Below are positions 60,223-64,000 of a stretch of DNA of 64,000 nucleotides, in pieces (within the stretch, counting starts at the first letter, position 1; each line of letters opens with the position of its first letter). Source of the DNA: Candidatus Angelobacter sp. (lineage in GTDB: Bacteria; Acidobacteriota; Terriglobia; Terriglobales; Acidobacteriaceae); NCBI GenBank assembly GCA_035294925.1, contig DATGJZ010000142.1:65357-129356 (forward strand), written 5' to 3'. The notes beneath the pieces were generated by a model. The model saw only the letters and a program-made list of their open reading frames with translations. It was not told where the DNA came from and did no database searches. The position numbers and the translations under genes were made by a program.

Positions 60223-60393
60223 GGAGATTTCAACAAGAACAGTTTCGTGAGAACTCCCTACAGCAGCATGGTCAGATCACGCAGCGTCGGGATTCCTTCG
60301 GCTCTGCTCAGGACAGGCTTTTCGACTACGCTCAAGATGACAGGGTGTTAGATTAACTTTATGGAATGAGAAGATTCAGGAGAAAAAGCGATC

Positions 60394-61215
60394 ATGGCAT
60401 TTACCGTCAACCAAGGGGCGAAGATTTATTGGGACGAGGAGGGAAGCGGAGACCCTCTTTTGCTGATCATGGGGCTGGGGTATCCTTCCGTCGCTTGGTA
60501 TCGCACGCGGCCTGGTTTATCCAAACAGTTCAGGACGATCGCTTTCGACAACCGTGGGGTGGGACAGAGTGACAGGCCGCCAGGCCCGTACCCTATCGCG
60601 CTGATGGCATCGGATGCCGCAGCAGTGATGGATGCGGCGGGTGTGGAAAGCGCGCATGTGTTCGGCATCTCCATGGGAGGGATGATCGCGCAGGAGTTCA
60701 CCCTGCAATATCCGCGGCGAGTGCGGTCACTGATTCTAGGCTGCACAGCAGCGGGCGGCCCAAATGCCGTTCGCGCCGATCAGGAAGCTACGCAGATGCT
60801 GTTGGCGCGAGGCAGCATGACTCGCGAAGAGGCGGCCCAAGCCGCACTACCATTTATCTATGATCCCGGCACGCCGCGAAAGCGAATTGATGAGGACCTG
60901 GAAGTGCGGAAGCCGTGGTTTCCGCATCCCGATGCATACAATGCGCAGTTACAGGGCATCATGGCGTGGGAAGCCTATAGCCGCATTGCCCAAATTGCGG
61001 CACCGACGCTGGTGATTCATGGTGAATCCGACCGGCTGGTGCCCGCAGGCAACGGCAAGCTGATCGCGGAGAAGATTCCAGGCGCGAAGCTGGTCCTGCT
61101 GGAGCGAGCCAGCCACATCTTTACCACCGACCAGCCAGAGGCAGCGCAACGGTCCATTCTGGATTTTCTGGCCTCGCGGCAGCGGGAAGCCGATAGGAAT
61201 TTGGTAAGTGGGTAA
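60394..61215 (+). CDS. Alpha/beta-fold hydrolase
   Basis: Nucleophile elbow GISMGG. Has the HG oxyanion region and a C-terminal His (ASHIF). Confidence 0.88.
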   Translation: MAFTVNQGAKIYWDEEGSGDPLLLIMGLGYPSVAWYRTRPGLSKQFRTIAFDNRGVGQSDRPPGPYPIALMASDAAAVMDAAGVESAHVFGISMGGMIAQEFTLQYPRRVRSLILGCTAAGGPNAVRADQEATQMLLARGSMTREEAAQAALPFIYDPGTPRKRIDEDLEVRKPWFPHPDAYNAQLQGIMAWEAYSRIAQIAAPTLVIHGESDRLVPAGNGKLIAEKIPGAKLVLLERASHIFTTDQPEAAQRSILDFLASRQREADRNLVSG

Positions 61216-61501
61216 GTTGGTAACTGGGTAATTGAAAAGGCAAAAACCTCGTGAAAATCAACTTTGTCCGCAGCGGACGAAGTTAAGGCCCTTTGTTTTC
61301 AATGCGTGAAATTGTTCTGCGCGGAACAGTTTAGGGCCCCTAAAGTTGCGCTTCCTGGCGTTTTATGGTTGCTGGAATGCGAATGCGAGCTTTTCCCAGA
61401 TTGAATAAATTCGGCTAAAATAAAATGTTAAGTCTGCCTAGACCCTTTGGGTAATCATCAGGCGCTGCATTTCACCCGGATTATTTTTAGGAGAGAGAAT
61501 T

Positions 61502-63439
61502 ATGTCGACCGCCCCCGTTGTTGAGTCTCTTCCATTTCAAGCTGAAACTACGCAGCTTCTTCATTTGATGATCCATTCTCTCTATACACAAAGAGAGATA
61601 TTTTTGAGGGAGTTAATTTCCAACGCGTCCGATGCGCTGGACAGGCTGCGATTCGAAGCGTTGACCAAGCCCGAACTGGTGGAGGATGGCCACAAATATG
61701 AGATCCGGATCAAACCGGACCTGCAGGCGCGAATTCTGACGATCAGCGATACCGGGATCGGCATGAGCCGTCCGGAACTGATTGCCAACATCGGAACGAT
61801 TGCGCGATCGGGGACGCAGGAATTACGAAAGCGCATGAAAGAATCGCAGTCGGCAGAGGCGGTGGCAGAACTGATCGGGCAATTTGGCGTTGGTTTCTAT
61901 TCAGCATTCATGGTGGCCGATAAGGTGACGATCATCACGCGGCGCGCGGGTGAAACCGGGGCCACGCAGTGGGACTCGGCGGGCGACGGCTCCTACACCC
62001 TGACTGAGGCCGAAAAGGCAAAGTGCGGGACGGACATCATCCTTCATCTCAAGGCGCCTGATGCCGAAAACGGAATTGAAGACTATACCGACCGCTGGAA
62101 GCTTTCGATGATTGTCCATAAGTATTCCGACTTCATTGCTTATCCGATCATCTATGAAGGCCCAAGCCAGGAACCGGGCGAGACGGAGGAGGCGGCGAAA
62201 GAGATCAAGATCGAGACCAAAACGCTGAACTCCATGAAGCCGATCTGGACGCGCAGCCGGTCGGAGGTGAGCGAAAGCGACTACAACGATTTCTATAAGC
62301 ATCTTTCCAATGACTGGACAGAGCCACTCAAAATGCTGCCGCTCAAAGCAGAAGGTACGTTTGAATATGAGGCGCTGCTCTTTATCCCTTCCCAGGCCCC
62401 ATACGATCTTTTTTACCATGGCTCGGAATCGGGCCTGAGGCTGTACGCGAGACGGGTCATGGTCATGGACCAATGTGAGGACCTGCTGCCCAAATATCTG
62501 CGTTTTATCAAAGGGGTGGTGGATTCCAGCGATCTGCCGCTCAATATTTCCCGCCAGAGGCTGCAGCAGGACCGCCATATCACGCAGATTCGCAAGTGGC
62601 TGACGCGAAAAGTGCTGGAGGCGCTCAGCGAAATGCGGGAGAAAGAGACGGAAAAGTACCTGAAGTTCTGGGGCCAGTTTGGACGGGCCATGAAAGAAGG
62701 CGTGGGTTCCGACTACGAAAACAAGGAAAAACTGCTGCCCCTGCTGCTATTTGAGTCCTCGCACGATCCCAAGGAGCTGACGACCCTCAAGGCTTACGTA
62801 GAAAGAATGAAGCCGGAACAGACCGAGATCCTGTATCTGACCGGGGAATCGCGGAAGGTAATCGAGAACTCTCCGCATCTGGAAGCGCCAAAACAGAAGA
62901 ATTATGAGGTGCTTTACCTCAGCGATCCGGTGGACGAATTGTTCGTTCAGCACATGTATGACTTTGAAGGGAAACACCTGAAATCCGTGACCAAAGGAAA
63001 GGTCCAACTGGGAACGGAGGAAGAGAAGAAACAACTCGAAGAGGAGCTCAAGAAGAAAGAAGAGACTTATAAGAGTTTTCTTGAGGCCGGCCAGAAAAAA
63101 CTGGACCAGTATGTCAAACAGATTCGGCTATCGGCGCGGCTGGTGGGTTCGCCTGCCTGCCTGGTGACTGAAGAGCATGAATACAGTCCTCACCTGGAAC
63201 GGCTGCTGCAGAAGGGAAAAGGGGGCGGTCCGAAACAACGCCGAATTATGGAACTCAATCCCGACCATCCGGTCATCACGAAGCTGTATGACCGCTTCAG
63301 CGCGAATGGCGAAGACCCGGTGGTGGGCAACTCGATTGAGCTCCTCTTTGAACTGGCGCTGGTGGCGGAGGGATCGGAGATTGCCGATCCGGTACGGCTG
63401 AACCAACTTACTCTGGAACTGCTGCAGAACGCTGTATAA
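61502..63439 (+). CDS. htpG: Molecular chaperone HtpG (Hsp90)
   Basis: N-terminal ATPase signature YTQREIFLRELISNASDALDRLRF, plus GQFGVGFYSAF. 645 aa. Confidence 0.96.
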   Translation: MSTAPVVESLPFQAETTQLLHLMIHSLYTQREIFLRELISNASDALDRLRFEALTKPELVEDGHKYEIRIKPDLQARILTISDTGIGMSRPELIANIGTIARSGTQELRKRMKESQSAEAVAELIGQFGVGFYSAFMVADKVTIITRRAGETGATQWDSAGDGSYTLTEAEKAKCGTDIILHLKAPDAENGIEDYTDRWKLSMIVHKYSDFIAYPIIYEGPSQEPGETEEAAKEIKIETKTLNSMKPIWTRSRSEVSESDYNDFYKHLSNDWTEPLKMLPLKAEGTFEYEALLFIPSQAPYDLFYHGSESGLRLYARRVMVMDQCEDLLPKYLRFIKGVVDSSDLPLNISRQRLQQDRHITQIRKWLTRKVLEALSEMREKETEKYLKFWGQFGRAMKEGVGSDYENKEKLLPLLLFESSHDPKELTTLKAYVERMKPEQTEILYLTGESRKVIENSPHLEAPKQKNYEVLYLSDPVDELFVQHMYDFEGKHLKSVTKGKVQLGTEEEKKQLEEELKKKEETYKSFLEAGQKKLDQYVKQIRLSARLVGSPACLVTEEHEYSPHLERLLQKGKGGGPKQRRIMELNPDHPVITKLYDRFSANGEDPVVGNSIELLFELALVAEGSEIADPVRLNQLTLELLQNAV

Positions 63440-63469
63440 AAAATCATAAATTGCTAAGGAGATGCTGCA

Positions 63470-63688
63470 ATGCCTGAAGAACGGGAAGATAAGACCATAT
63501 ACAAAGTTGTGTTAAATCATGAAGAGCAATACTCGATCTGGCCGGCCCATAAAGAAAACGCTTTAGGCTGGAAGGATGGAGGCAAGAGCGGCACAAAAGA
63601 AGAGTGCCTGGCCTACATCAAAGAAGTGTGGACGGACATGCGTCCGCTGAGCTTGAGAAAGAAGATGCAGGAGCAGGGGTTGGGATAG
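63470..63688 (+). CDS. MbtH-like protein
   Basis: 72 aa with the three invariant Trp in the MbtH pattern: [49 protein letters not shown]. Confidence 0.85.
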   Translation: MPEEREDKTIYKVVLNHEEQYSIWPAHKENALGWKDGGKSGTKEECLAYIKEVWTDMRPLSLRKKMQEQGLG

Positions 63689-63774
63689 CAGGGGAGAATA
63701 GCAGCTAGCAATTAGCAAATGGCAATTGGTCAACCCAACCCCAACGGCAAAATCTTTTTGGCCGCGAATTTTCG

Positions 63775-63838
63775 CGAATGGAACTCAAAAAGACTTACCG
63801 GTGATGACTCTGATCGGAGTGATTTTCACAGATTAACC
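63775..63838. repeat. Partial family-D repeat
   Basis: cgaatggaactcaaaaagacttaccggtgatgactctgatcggagtgattttcacagattaacc matches the 3' half of the 59931-60222 units. Confidence 0.7.
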
Positions 63839-64000
63839 AATTGAAAGGCTAAGGCACCGACGGGGCTCCCGCAGGGAGTGCAGCGGCGGCGCCACACGTG
63901 CATGCCGGCCACCGGCAGTTTGGTTTATCCATTTAACTCTTATGGTTTCCTGGTGGTGAGTTTTTCGTTTTGAGGCTTTGAGAGTGTCGGTGGTTGTTTG

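Overview
The window reads as a chromosomal segment of a moderately high-GC Gram-negative bacterium. Gene content (secreted BNR/Asp-box, HAF-like and YD-repeat proteins, PD40 propellers) and several families of short intergenic repeats suggest Acidobacteriota; this is inference, no search was run. Most of it is housekeeping: pepN (5' partial), the minus-strand block tig-clpP-clpX-lon-engB, a uracil-DNA glycosylase, a GT-C membrane glycosyltransferase, eno, thrC, alaX, tRNA-Ala(CGC), sdaA, a single-chain acyl-CoA carboxylase, an S10 peptidase, an ABC-F ATPase, two APC permeases flanking an ECF sigma/anti-sigma pair, a penicillin-acylase-family hydrolase, an acyl-CoA synthetase, htpG and an MbtH-like gene. 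The unusual part lies downstream of eno (about 16.1-28.2 kb). It has visibly lower G+C, is rich in repeats and gene fragments, and contains two displaced copies of the eno 3' end, which marks it as inserted DNA. Inside it are: (i) a translationally coupled two-gene operon in which both proteins start with a TIR domain, one being TIR-TM-periplasmic PD40 beta-propeller (Toll-like-receptor topology) and the other TIR plus an unassigned about 200-aa domain; (ii) a convergent 433-aa protein with a C-terminal PD-(D/E)xK nuclease signature; (iii) two facing tRNA-3'-end-like fragments; (iv) a SemiSWEET gene; (v) two paralogous GG-leader peptide genes, one encoding a 52-aa Cys/Thr/Ser-rich RiPP-like precursor missing from the ORF track. 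No integrase, transposase, CRISPR array or rRNA was seen. All domain calls rest on motif recognition by eye and need HMM or structure confirmation.
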